64,000 nt of DNA from Candidatus Eiseniibacteriota bacterium. GTDB taxonomy: Bacteria; Eisenbacteria; RBG-16-71-46; CAVPCR01. The notes under the pieces were generated by a model, which had not been told where the DNA came from, made no database searches, and saw only the letters and a list, made by a program, of their open reading frames with translations. The first letter of the stretch is position 1; each line of letters starts with the position of its first letter. Of the stretch, positions 1 through 9,416 are shown piece after piece. The position numbers and the translations under genes were made by a program. The stretch lies in assembly GCA_963702435.1 (NCBI GenBank), contig CAVPCR010000001.1, positions 1,312,001 to 1,376,000 of the forward strand, given 5' to 3'.

Positions 1-3
1 GCG

Positions 4-300
4 GTGGTCGGGGTGAGCTTCGACCCCGTCGCCGCCAACTGCGCGTTCGCGGAGAAACGCGGGTTCGACTACCTGCTGCTCTCCGACACCGACCGCCAGC
101 TCGGGCTCGCCTACGGTGCCGCGACCGACGCCGCCGCCGGCTTCGCGCGGCGCGTGAGCTTCCTCATCGACGAGGAGGGCATCATCCGGAAGACCTATCC
201 GCAGGTGAACCCGGGCGCGCATCCGGACGAGGTGCTGCGCGATCTCGACGCTCTCGGCGGCGGAGCGCCGGCGGGGAGCGGTGACCCGGCGGCTCCCTGA
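4..300 (+). CDS. bcp: Peroxiredoxin, BCP/PrxQ family (C-terminal part; 5' end outside window)
   Basis: VVGVSFD..AFAEK.GFDY.LLSD...AYGA...ARRVSFLIDEEGII...Y..V.P..H..EVL matches the AhpC/TSA C-terminal half. Confidence 0.8.
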   Translation: MVGVSFDPVAANCAFAEKRGFDYLLLSDTDRQLGLAYGAATDAAAGFARRVSFLIDEEGIIRKTYPQVNPGAHPDEVLRDLDALGGGAPAGSGDPAAP

Positions 301-932
301 TGACTCTCCCGGCCGGCACGCGCCGCGGCGATCTTCCCGCCGACCCGCTCGCCGCCCTGCCGCTCGGGACGGCGACCGCACCCGAATGGGTCGCCGTCGC
401 CACGGCCGACCTCGATGCGCTCCTCATCGATCACGCGCACTGCGAGCTCAAGGCGGCTGCGAACGCCATGGCCATGGCGGGACGCTACGCCGAGCACACG
501 GCACTCGTCCGCGATCTGACCGCCCTCGCGCGCGAGGAGCTCCGGCACTTCGATCAAGTGCATACCCTCGTGCGCGAGCGCGGGCGCGCGCTCACCCGCC
601 CCGAGCCGGACCGCTACGTGAAGGAGCTCGAGCAGCGCACGCGGCGCGGCGGATCGGCGGTCATGGCGCTTCTCGACCAGCTCTTGCGCTGCGGGTTCAT
701 CGAGGCCCGCTCCTGCGAGCGCTTCCGCATCCTCGCCGGCGCCGCGTTGCCGCCACCGTTCAGCGACTTCTACGCGGAGCTCGCCGCGGCCGAAGCGCGG
801 CATCACCTTCTCTTCTTCGAGCACGCCGCCCGCGCCGCGGGCGACGAGACCGCGCGGGTGCGCGCGCTCGAGATCGCCGCGATCGAGGCCGCGATCGTGC
901 GGGCGCTGCCGGCGGCCGCGCGCATCCACTAG
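300..932 (+). CDS. miaE: tRNA-(ms2io6A37) hydroxylase, ferritin-like di-iron
   Basis: DHAHCELKAA, EELRHF, IEARSCERF and EARHH di-iron motifs; start overlaps the bcp stop (TGATG). Confidence 0.92.
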   Translation: MTLPAGTRRGDLPADPLAALPLGTATAPEWVAVATADLDALLIDHAHCELKAAANAMAMAGRYAEHTALVRDLTALAREELRHFDQVHTLVRERGRALTRPEPDRYVKELEQRTRRGGSAVMALLDQLLRCGFIEARSCERFRILAGAALPPPFSDFYAELAAAEARHHLLFFEHAARAAGDETARVRALEIAAIEAAIVRALPAAARIH

Positions 933-1135
933 AGCCGCTGCGTACGCTCCGCGCTCCCCGCTCCGCGCGCCCGATTGGAGAACCCTTTCAGCCCGTGTGG
1001 CGTCTAAAAAAATGCCGGGAGCGTGGTCGTAAGAGATGGGTGGGAGGGGCACGCCGGGAGCCCCGTGCGGGATCCGCGGCGCGACCCCGGACTCCGGCCG
1101 AGCCGGACAAGCGACAGGGAAAGGGGGTGTTCTCG

Positions 1136-1351
1136 ATGCTGGAAGAGCTCCGCACCTCGGATCGCGAGCTCGAGCGACAGGTGTGTTGGGACACCTTCCT
1201 CGATGCCTACTCGCTCTATCTGAGCGAGCCGACACCGCTCAACGCCGCCAACCTGCACCTGGCCGGCGTCGCGCTCGCCCAGTGCGACCGGGACTTTTCA
1301 CTCGGGGACTTCGAGTCCATGCATCTGGGCTGGAACCTCGCAGCCCTGTGA
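1136..1351 (+). CDS. Small hypothetical protein (71 aa)
   Basis: Purine-rich RBS-like AAGGGGGTG before ATG 1136; protein-like sequence MLEELRTSDRELERQVCWDTFLDAYSLYL...; GC3-rich codons. Confidence 0.6.
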   Translation: MLEELRTSDRELERQVCWDTFLDAYSLYLSEPTPLNAANLHLAGVALAQCDRDFSLGDFESMHLGWNLAAL

Positions 1352-1540
1352 CTTGTAGGAGACAGTGTCCGGCGAGAAGCGCAAGTCAAGGAGACGGCGG
1401 CGCCGGAGCTGCGACGACCTCTTCCACTCGCTCGAAGGGCGGCGGGCCCACTCCCAGGGGCCCGAGATGCGGTCGAGAGGCCAGCGCGCTCCGGCGCCTC
1501 ATTCGTGGTGCGCGAGGACCCACCGCTACCCCGCTTCTGG

Positions 1541-1569
1541 TTGTCACGACCGAGACCGGTTGCTAGACT
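1541..1569 (+). promoter_or_regulatory. Sigma70-type promoter for the TPR gene
   Basis: TTGTCA-17 bp-TAGACT with extended TGn. Confidence 0.55.
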
Positions 1570-1578
1570 GGTCCACCC

Positions 1579-2424
1579 ATGGTTGACCTCAGACACACCC
1601 GCTCTTCGCGCCGGGCGCGACCGACCCGCTCCCGCGCCGCCATGGTCCCGAGTGCCGTCCTGGCGGCGGCATTCTGCTTCCTCCTGTCCCTTTCCTCCCC
1701 GGTCGCCGCCAAGGACGCCAAGGACGTCAAGGACGACACCTCGCGCCTCCTCGGCCAGGCTCAGAAGCTCGTGGCGGCCGGCCAAGCCGATTCGGCGCTC
1801 GCGCTCCTCCGCACTCCCCTCCTCGCGAGCGCGGGGGATGGACGGATCGAGCGCGCGCTCGTCGAGTCGGCGCTCGCGGGCGGCATCCCGGACCTGGGTG
1901 TCATCGTGATCGAGGAGACGCTTCGCCTGCGACCCGGCGACTCGAATCTCCACGTGGCCCTCGGCGAGCTCGAGCTCGGGCGCCGGCGGCCCGACGTGGC
2001 GGTCCGCCACTTCCAGCGCGCGATCATCATCGACAGCACATCGCCGGCCGCGCTCGGCGGCTTCGCGCGCGCACGCGCCAGGCAGGGGACCGACCTCGCG
2101 CCCGCGGTCTCCTACTTAGACAAGCTGGCCAAGGAGCGGCCCGGCACCCCGCAGCCGCGCTACGGGAAGGGTGTCCTCCTCGCCGAGGCCGGACGGCTCG
2201 ACGAGTCGCTCACCGAGTTCCGCTGGGCGATCGGTCTCGAGGAGAACAACTGGATCTACGAGCGCGACTATGGCCGCGCTCTCGTCGCCATGGGCAACGA
2301 GAGCGGCGGGGTCGAGCATCTCGAGAAGGCGCGCCGCCTGGTCGCCGCGAGCGGCGATCCGGTGACGGCCGAGAGGATCGCCGCCGAGATTCGCAGCCGC
2401 CCCAGCGCGGGCAAGCCGGACTAG
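1579..2424 (+). CDS. Secreted tetratricopeptide-repeat protein (start may be 1642)
   Basis: Signal peptide (VLAAAFCFLLSLSSPVAA) followed by TPR-like helical repeats (LHVALGELEL, PRYGKGVLLAEAGRLDES). Confidence 0.75.
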   Translation: MVDLRHTRSSRRARPTRSRAAMVPSAVLAAAFCFLLSLSSPVAAKDAKDVKDDTSRLLGQAQKLVAAGQADSALALLRTPLLASAGDGRIERALVESALAGGIPDLGVIVIEETLRLRPGDSNLHVALGELELGRRRPDVAVRHFQRAIIIDSTSPAALGGFARARARQGTDLAPAVSYLDKLAKERPGTPQPRYGKGVLLAEAGRLDESLTEFRWAIGLEENNWIYERDYGRALVAMGNESGGVEHLEKARRLVAASGDPVTAERIAAEIRSRPSAGKPD

Positions 2425-2461
2425 CGCACGCGGCGCTCGCCGCCGGGCGCCGCCGCCTCGC

Positions 2462-3229
2462 CTACCCGCCGTACTCCTCGACCTGAACGCGCTTCCGGAA
2501 GGCCGCGTCGTCGATCCGATCCTCCGCCCGTTCCCTGACATCCGCCATGCGCACGCGCAGGACGAGGGTCGTGATCTTCTTCTCGCCCCACGGGCCGTCG
2601 CTCGGACGGGCGACCAGGGTCACCCACTCGTTGCCGGGGATCGCATCGAGCAGGTCGCCGTACCGGGCGCACAGCCCGACCAGCTCCTCCTTGACGCGCA
2701 CATAACCGAGAGCACGTTTCGCGGCCAGCTTCTCGCTTGCCGCCTCGACCTTGTCCTGCCTGGTCTTCTGCTGCTCCTTCGCGTCCTTCTCCGAGTCCTT
2801 CGGCGCGACGAGCACATCGCCGTCATGGCCGAGGTAGAGGTCGAGATCGTCCATCTCGGCGATCCGGTCGATCGCCGCCATGTGGAGGCCGGCGAACGGC
2901 GGGGATCCGACGAGGGAGAACTGGAAGGCGAAGACGGCGCCCTGGCCGGGCACGTAGGCGCCGACGGTGTTGCGCCCGCGCGAGACGAGCGCATGATCGC
3001 TCTCGATCAGGACATCGTCGACCAGGCGGGAGAACACGCCGATCTGCCGGTTGACCTTCTTGTGCGGGCTCGATCCCGGCAGCGGGTCGTCGACGGTCGA
3101 GGCCGCCGCCGGCGACGAATCGGCGCCGACAACGAGGAAGGCCGCAGCCGCGAGCAGGGCCATCGTTCGCCCCGCGCGAGCCCTGACCAGCGGAGACCGA
3201 ACGAAGTTCGGGATGGATACGCGCATCAT
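2462..3229 (-). CDS. Secreted hypothetical protein
   Basis: GGGGAGG RBS before ATG 3229; signal-like N-terminus; GAYVPGQGAVF motif and coiled-coil segment. Confidence 0.65.
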   Translation of the reverse strand: MMRVSIPNFVRSPLVRARAGRTMALLAAAAFLVVGADSSPAAASTVDDPLPGSSPHKKVNRQIGVFSRLVDDVLIESDHALVSRGRNTVGAYVPGQGAVFAFQFSLVGSPPFAGLHMAAIDRIAEMDDLDLYLGHDGDVLVAPKDSEKDAKEQQKTRQDKVEAASEKLAAKRALGYVRVKEELVGLCARYGDLLDAIPGNEWVTLVARPSDGPWGEKKITTLVLRVRMADVRERAEDRIDDAAFRKRVQVEEYGG

Positions 3230-3658
3230 GACCAGCACCTCCCCGGGCCGAGGTGCGGATGCAGGCGACGTCAGGGCCCGGACAGCCGCTCGCACCGTCA
3301 ACCGAACCCGATCTCGACCCCGGCTGGGATAGCCCCTAGGATAGCTGCCCGGGGCGTGTGACGAAGCCGATCCGGCCGTCGTGAAGGGGGGATTCCGGCG
3401 CCGGCGCCCGCACGATCGCGACTGGCTTCGATCGGGGGCGCGGGCCGGAGATCACGAGCCAGGAGAAAGGCCCGGGGGGACGGAGACCAACCGCGGGGCT
3501 TCATTCGAGGCCCCACGCTGCCCCCAGCGCTTTTCGTGCGGCCTCCGTCCGCCCGCGGGCTGTCCTTCTGGCATTTCCGTAGACGCGGCGGGCGGCACCC
3601 TTGTTGTGCTTTTTTGAGGGGTGCGCCCGGGCGGGCGGCCGGTGTCGAGGGCGGCGGC

Positions 3659-4123
3659 CTAGAACGGAGACCAGGGGTGCTCGTCACCCACGGCGTTGCA
3701 GATGACATCCGTCGGCGCGCCATCCACGATGACGATCGTGTAGTCGTCGTACGTGGCATCCTGGCTGGCCGGGCACTCGGCCGCGTCGGGCTGGAGGATT
3801 TCGGGCTGGAGGATCGACACGCTCATGTTGCCGTCGGGGACGACATGATCCCCGCAGTAGAGGAGCGCCGCTTCGAACACCTGGTGCTGCTGGTGGCGAC
3901 AGGCGTTCCGCTGGGCACCCAGCCGGCCCTGTGAGAAGTAGGGTGCCCCGACCGTGATCAGGATCCCGATGATCGTGACGACGATCATGAGCTCGACCAG
4001 GGTGAACCCGGCCGCGGCGCGCCGCAGGCCGCGGAGGGTGGCCAGCTGGGATTCGGCTGTCGCCGGCGGGGCGGCGGTCGCCGACCGCGGGGGGTGTACC
4101 CTTAAGTCGATGAAAGCCATCAT
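3659..4123 (-). CDS. Type IV pilin / pseudopilin-like protein with prepilin N-methylation motif
   Basis: RRAAAG|FTLVELMIVVTIIGILITVGAP class III signal; four Cys in a small globular domain. Confidence 0.85.
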   Translation of the reverse strand: MMAFIDLRVHPPRSATAAPPATAESQLATLRGLRRAAAGFTLVELMIVVTIIGILITVGAPYFSQGRLGAQRNACRHQQHQVFEAALLYCGDHVVPDGNMSVSILQPEILQPDAAECPASQDATYDDYTIVIVDGAPTDVICNAVGDEHPWSPF

Positions 4124-4540
4124 CCGGTCCACGATCGTTGCGCCTTTCACGGTCATCGGGCTGCCGCGGGTCGGGCCGTTCCATCGAGCGGCCCGATCGA
4201 GCCATTTGGCCCGCCGTACTGCCTTGCTCTCGCCGACAGGACGCAAGGACGGTGCCAGGCGGCTCCACTCCCCGCGGCTTGCCCCGTCCATCTCCGGGCA
4301 GGGAGCCTTGACTGCGGCCGGCATGCGACTTAGGGAGATCGGACCGGCCCGCGCCGTACCGGAGGCCGGGCCGGACCGGCACCCCGCACCTGGCTCGACC
4401 TCGCGCGACCTCCGCGCTGGCGCGCGGCCCGCGTTGCAGGATGCCACGGGATGCATCCTGCAATCCGCGGCCGGGCCGGCCGCGGGCGGCCTGCACGGGC
4501 GATCCGGTGCGGCGATCGGCATCAGCAGTGAGCGAGCAGG

Positions 4541-5488
4541 ATGAGCGATAAGAAGGACCAGCGACCCGCGGCGTTCATGCACGGCACGATCATCCGAATC
4601 GACGCGCGCGAGAGCCAGGTGGCGATTCCGGGCGGGGTGTTGCGCTGCGTCCTCCGCGGCCGGCTCACCGCGGCCCGCGGCGACGACAAGCGACTCCTGG
4701 CGGTCGGCGACCATGTGCGGGTGCGCCCGCTCGACCCCGACCGCGGTGCCATCGAGGAGATCCTCCCGCGGCGGACCAAGCTGTCGCGACGCGCGGCGGG
4801 ACCCGAGCGCCGCGAACAGGTGGTCGCCGCGAACATCGATCAGCTCGTGATCGTCTCCGCGCTCGCCGATCCGCCGCTCAACCTGAACCTGGTCGATCGC
4901 TACCTGGTCGCTGCCGGACGCGGCGGACTCGACGCGCTGATCTGCGTCAACAAGATCGACTGCGGCACCGAGGCCGAGCGGGAAGCAGCCCGGGTTTCGC
5001 TCGCGCCCTACGCGGCACTGGGGATTCCGCTCGTGTGGACGAGCGCGCGGACCGGGAGCGGGATCGATGCGCTCCGCGACCGACTGGCCGGGCGCACCAG
5101 CGTGTTCGCCGGGAAGTCGGGCGTCGGCAAGTCGGCGCTCCTGAACGCCGTCGAGCCCGGGCTCGAGCTGCGCGCGGGGGAGATCTCGGCGGCGACCGGC
5201 AAGGGCCGGCACACGACCACCTACTCCTCGCTCCTGCCACTCGCCAACGGCGGATTCGTCATCGACACGCCGGGGATCCGCTCGTACACGCTGTGGGAAA
5301 CCGAGCCCGGCGATCTCGACCGCCACTTCCCGGAGATTTACGCGCAGCGCGGCGGATGCCGCTTCGCCAACTGCACCCACAGCCACGAGCCCGAGTGCGC
5401 GGTGAAGGAGGCGGTGGCGGCCGGGAAGATCGAGGGGCGGCGCTTCGCGAGCTACCTGCGCCTCCTCGCCGGACTCGAGGAGGAGTGA
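4541..5488 (+). CDS. rsgA: Ribosome small subunit-dependent GTPase A
   Basis: Circularly permuted G motifs NKID, GKSGVGKS, GRHTTT, DTPG; C-terminal zinc site CRFANCTHSHEPEC. Confidence 0.96.
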   Translation: MSDKKDQRPAAFMHGTIIRIDARESQVAIPGGVLRCVLRGRLTAARGDDKRLLAVGDHVRVRPLDPDRGAIEEILPRRTKLSRRAAGPERREQVVAANIDQLVIVSALADPPLNLNLVDRYLVAAGRGGLDALICVNKIDCGTEAEREAARVSLAPYAALGIPLVWTSARTGSGIDALRDRLAGRTSVFAGKSGVGKSALLNAVEPGLELRAGEISAATGKGRHTTTYSSLLPLANGGFVIDTPGIRSYTLWETEPGDLDRHFPEIYAQRGGCRFANCTHSHEPECAVKEAVAAGKIEGRRFASYLRLLAGLEEE

Positions 5489-5509
5489 GGCGCCCGGGGG
5501 CGCGCGCTG

Positions 5510-5584
5510 CGCTACGCGGGCGGCCCGGGATCACCGCTACGCGGACAGCCCGGGATACCCGCTACGCGGACAGCTTGGGAGTCG
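5510..5584. repeat. 25-bp tandem repeat x3 between the convergent rsgA and SMC stops
   Basis: CGCTACGCGG(GCG/ACA)GCCCGGGAT.. units start at 5510, 5535 and 5560; the third contains the SMC stop codon. Confidence 0.75.
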
Positions 5585-8504
5585 ACTCCGCCTCGAACGC
5601 CAGCGCCGGCATCCCGACCTCGCTCCGCTGCTCGATCCGGATGTCGCGCGCCGCGCCGCCGACACGCACGACGCAGTCGAACACGGGTGCCAGCTCCGTG
5701 TCCCCCGCCAGGAAGAAGATCTGGGGAAAGACCGGGATGAACTCGCGCAGGAGCTCGATGAATCCGGTCGTCCGCGCGCGATCGAAGCCGCCGAGCGGCT
5801 CGTCGAGGAAGAGGAAATGCCCGCCGCGGAGCCCCTTGGCCAGGAGCAGGACCTCGGCGAATCCGAGACGCTCGGCCAGGTGGATCTGGCCCTGCGTGCC
5901 GGTGGAGAGCTCGCCCGGGTCGACGAACGCGTTCTTCTCATCCGAGTAGACCCGCACGTGCGCTCCGGCCCCGACCTCCACCCGGCTGTAGCGGCCGCCG
6001 GTGATTCGATCCAGCGCGCGCCCGATGGCGCGGGCGAGATGCGGAACCACGCGTGCCGAGAGCTGCTGCGCGGCGCTGTCGAGAAGCTGCGCCGCGAGCT
6101 TCTCCCGTGCCAGGTCGGCGTCGAGCTCGTCCCGCTGTGCCGCCAGCGTATCGCTCTCGGCCGCCGCGCGATGGTGGGCCGCGAACTCCGGCGCACGGCT
6201 TGCAAAGTCGCCGCGCTCCGACTCGATCTGGGCCGCGAGCAAGGCTACCTGCTCGGCGATCGCGTCGCGCTCGCTCACCGCCGCATGCACCAGGGTTGCG
6301 AGCTGCTCGGCCGCCGGCAATGCGGCCGCCATGCCGGCCACGGCGGCGGTGAACTGCTCGCTCGCAAGTCGGTCGGCCGAACCACCGCCGGCCTGATCCA
6401 GGGCCGCCGCGCTCGTCCGGAGCTCTGCCAGCCCCGCGCGCAGGGTCGGGTCGGCCGCCATCACGCCGCCCAGCCGCTCGAGCGCGGCCACGCGCTCGCC
6501 CAGACCGAGCGGCGCCTCGCCCAGCGACTCCTCGCCCAGCACCTCGGCTGCGATGCGGGAAGCGACGGCCGGCACGTCCCCCTCTCCGGGCTCCCAGCCC
6601 AGCCGGGCGAGGGCGCTCTCAAGCCGGCCTGCGAACAACGCCGTCTCCTCGAGCAGCCGGGCGCCGTCCTCGACGGCCGTTCCCGATGCGGATGGCGCAC
6701 CGGCGATCGTCGCCGGGGCGGGCGCGTCCGGAGCGATCGCCGCAAGGTCCGCCGCCGCAGGAGCGACGACATCAAGCCGCCGCAGAATATCATCGTAGTG
6801 CGCAAGATTCTGCAGAGCGTGCTGCAGGCGCGCGGCCAATGAGCCGAGCGCGCGGAAGTGTGCTTCCTCCTGCCCGATCTCGATGTCCGCGGTCACAGCC
6901 GCGCGCTCCGGAGCAACGGCGCCGTCACGGCCCGGCGCCCCGGTCGCCGCTCCGGTCATGGCTCCGGCCGCCGCCCTGGCGCCCACCGCACCGCCGGCCG
7001 TCGCACCGCCGGCCGTCGCACCGCCGGCCGCCATTCGGATGTCGGCGGCGTGCTCGGATGCGATGCGCGCCGCCATCTCGCGGAGCCCCGGGTCCTCGAT
7101 CGCCACGAACTCCCGTTCCTTGAGCAGGTCGAGCGGCGTGCGCTGCGCGAGGAGCTGGCGCTCGCTCTCGAGCAGATCGATGCGCCGATCGATGTCGCGA
7201 ATCTCGCGCTGCCGCTGCGCCGCCGACCGCCGCCCCTGGCGCCGCTGCCAGAGACCGAGCGGCACGAGCAGGAACCCGGCGATGGCGAGAAACCCGTCGA
7301 TGAACGGAACGTAGTCGGGCAGATGCGCGGCGGCGCCGCGCACGAGCGGCGATCGGTGGAAACTGGGCAGCTCGACCCCGGTCAGGATCGCCCCGAGGAC
7401 GCCGAGCACGAGCAGCAAGGCCGCCAGCGCCAGCGTCCAGCGGCCGCTCGTCATGAGATGCGCGGTCTCCGCGACCGCGCACAGCCGCTCGTCCGCCACG
7501 CTGCCGGTGCGCCCGGCATCGAGCATGCGCTGGAGGTCGGCGCCGCGCGCCCCCACGCGGTCGCCGAAGCGCGCGAGCAACTCGTGGAAGGAGTCACTCC
7601 GCTCCTGCTCTCCGCGCGCGGTCATGACCCGCGCCGCGACTCCGGCCCGCGCCCCGGGAAGCGCAGCGAGCGCCGCCCCGAGTCGCAAGGAGAGCGGCCC
7701 GATCTCGCCGGCGGCGGAGCGGGCCGCACCGAGCGCCGCCAGGCGATCCAGGCCGCGGGCCAGTTCCTCATGGTGCGCGCGCATATCCCGCACGCGGCCG
7801 ACGCGCGCTTCGTGCGCGGAGAGCTTTTCCTGCAATGCCGCGAGCTCCGCCTCGCGATCGGCGAGGGAGGCCAGATGCGACGCCTCCACGGTGCGGCCGC
7901 GCATCGCATCCCCGCCCTGCTCCCGCTCACGCGCGAGGGTATGCTCCACCTCGGCACGAACGCGCGCGATCTCGCCCGTCCGCTTCGCCGAGAGCGACAC
8001 CGCCCGCCGGAAGAGCGCGACCCCGCTCAGCCGTTCGATGGACGCGGCCAGGGTGTCCCGGCCCTGCGGCCGCTCGAGCTCGCCCTGGGCCATGTAGACG
8101 CTGGCGCGAAAGTCGGCGAACGAGTATCCGAGGAGCTGGTTCAGCTCGCGCGCGACGGGATAGACGCCGGACACGGTGCGTCCCGTATCCAGGTCCTCGA
8201 GCTGGGCGAGGTGCTCGCCGAGCCGATCGATCTCCCTGAACACACGGAATGAACCGCGCCCCGGGATCTCGAAGGAGAGCTCGACCTCCGCGAAGTCGGC
8301 CCCCCAGCGGATAAGCGAGGCGAGGTGCTCGGGACCCGGGCGGGCGGTGCCCCCGAAGAGCGCGAAGCAGATGGCGTGACCGAGCGTGCTCTTCCCGGAC
8401 TCGTTCTCGCCGAGCACGCCGATGAGTCCCGCGGCCGGCAGAGCGGTGAGCTCGAGCTCGCGGAACCGCATGAAGTTCGTGGCGCTGAGCCTAGTCAGGA
8501 TCAT
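5562..8504 (-). CDS. SMC/Rad50/SbcC-like ABC-ATPase with an internal transmembrane hairpin (YhaN-like)
   Basis: Walker A GENESGKST; Q-loop YMAQGE; signature LSTGT; Walker B FLFLDEPLGGFD; coiled coils; two central hydrophobic helices. Confidence 0.88.
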   Translation of the reverse strand: MILTRLSATNFMRFRELELTALPAAGLIGVLGENESGKSTLGHAICFALFGGTARPGPEHLASLIRWGADFAEVELSFEIPGRGSFRVFREIDRLGEHLAQLEDLDTGRTVSGVYPVARELNQLLGYSFADFRASVYMAQGELERPQGRDTLAASIERLSGVALFRRAVSLSAKRTGEIARVRAEVEHTLAREREQGGDAMRGRTVEASHLASLADREAELAALQEKLSAHEARVGRVRDMRAHHEELARGLDRLAALGAARSAAGEIGPLSLRLGAALAALPGARAGVAARVMTARGEQERSDSFHELLARFGDRVGARGADLQRMLDAGRTGSVADERLCAVAETAHLMTSGRWTLALAALLLVLGVLGAILTGVELPSFHRSPLVRGAAAHLPDYVPFIDGFLAIAGFLLVPLGLWQRRQGRRSAAQRQREIRDIDRRIDLLESERQLLAQRTPLDLLKEREFVAIEDPGLREMAARIASEHAADIRMAAGGATAGGATAGGAVGARAAAGAMTGAATGAPGRDGAVAPERAAVTADIEIGQEEAHFRALGSLAARLQHALQNLAHYDDILRRLDVVAPAAADLAAIAPDAPAPATIAGAPSASGTAVEDGARLLEETALFAGRLESALARLGWEPGEGDVPAVASRIAAEVLGEESLGEAPLGLGERVAALERLGGVMAADPTLRAGLAELRTSAAALDQAGGGSADRLASEQFTAAVAGMAAALPAAEQLATLVHAAVSERDAIAEQVALLAAQIESERGDFASRAPEFAAHHRAAAESDTLAAQRDELDADLAREKLAAQLLDSAAQQLSARVVPHLARAIGRALDRITGGRYSRVEVGAGAHVRVYSDEKNAFVDPGELSTGTQGQIHLAERLGFAEVLLLAKGLRGGHFLFLDEPLGGFDRARTTGFIELLREFIPVFPQIFFLAGDTELAPVFDCVVRVGGAARDIRIEQRSEVGMPALAFEAESTPKLSA

Positions 8505-8679
8505 GCTCGCCCTCGGCAGCTGCTAGCAACTCGAGACCCCGGCGCAGGGCCTCCTCGATGCGGGCCACTTCCGCGTCGTCACGCAGGCGCCGCTGGGCGC
8601 TCAGGCGGCGCTGGACGAAACCTGCGAATTCCTCGTGCGGCGTGCGAATGCTAGGAAACCCATCCGTGGGCGTGGACAT
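8491..8679 (-). CDS. 62-aa protein resembling the C-terminal Rad50-binding helix-loop-helix of Mre11/SbcD
   Basis: GGAG RBS; overlaps the SMC start; EEFAGFVQRRL...ARIEEALRRGLELL amphipathic helix pair. Confidence 0.6.
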   Translation of the reverse strand: MSTPTDGFPSIRTPHEEFAGFVQRRLSAQRRLRDDAEVARIEEALRRGLELLAAAEGEHDPD

Positions 8680-8711
8680 GTAGGACTCCGGGGTTGTGCA
8701 GCGCGCCGGGA

Positions 8712-9353
8712 TCAGCGGTTCCGTCCGCCGTCCTCGGTGAAACGGGCCTCGACCAGCCGGCTGAGCAGCGACTCGGGCAGCTCGCGCACACGGCCGAGGG
8801 TGCGCGCGAGGAGAAGCACGCGCGCGTAGTGCTCGACGAGCTCGAGGCGGGCGGCGGCCTTCCAGGCATCGTCGCCGATCGTGATGACGCCGCGATTGGC
8901 CAGGAGGAAGGTGGTCGATTCACCGAGGTGCGGAATGATCGACTCGCCCATCCCCGTCGGCCCCTCCTGGCTGACCAGCGGGACGTGCCCGAGCCTGAGC
9001 ACCATCTCGGGCAGGATCTGCTCCTCGAGCGGCTCGCCGGCGATGGCGAAGCCGGTGGCATGCGGCGGCTGAGCGAAGAGGACCGCACCGACGTCCTCGC
9101 GTTCGCGGTAGATGACGAGGTGGGTCCAGAGATCGGAGGACGGCCGGATCTCGGTCTTGCTCTTGCCGTCGAGACGCACCGACTCGAGCTGGCGGGCCTC
9201 GAGCCGCCCGCGATGCGCACCGTCGGGCGTGATGATGATCTCCTCGCCCGCGCGCGCGCTCAGGAGCCCGCATTCGGCGACGAGATAACCGAGCCGGCTC
9301 AGGTGCGCGGAGACCTCGACCAGATCCCGCTTCGCTTGCCCACTGCTACCCAT
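8712..9353 (-). CDS. Class II aldolase/adducin family protein
   Basis: ITPDG, RPSSDLWTHLVIYRER.DVGAV..AQPP, LLANRGVI; typical metal-binding His residues appear substituted. Confidence 0.8.
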   Translation of the reverse strand: MGSSGQAKRDLVEVSAHLSRLGYLVAECGLLSARAGEEIIITPDGAHRGRLEARQLESVRLDGKSKTEIRPSSDLWTHLVIYREREDVGAVLFAQPPHATGFAIAGEPLEEQILPEMVLRLGHVPLVSQEGPTGMGESIIPHLGESTTFLLANRGVITIGDDAWKAAARLELVEHYARVLLLARTLGRVRELPESLLSRLVEARFTEDGGRNR

Positions 9354-9416
9354 CAGATCTCCTCGGGGATGCGCGACGTGCGCCCGGCGGCCACGAGCTG
9401 GACGGGCGATTGTATA

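Noticed and set aside
1365..1586. 73-aa Arg-rich ORF with an AGGAG upstream
   Set aside because: Low-complexity, overlaps the promoter of the next gene and has no recognisable motif; cannot be supported.
4124..5386. 575-aa version of the pilin ORF, and a possible riboswitch upstream of the pilin
   Set aside because: The extension is antisense to rsgA; I found no c-di-GMP or other riboswitch consensus in 4130-4540.
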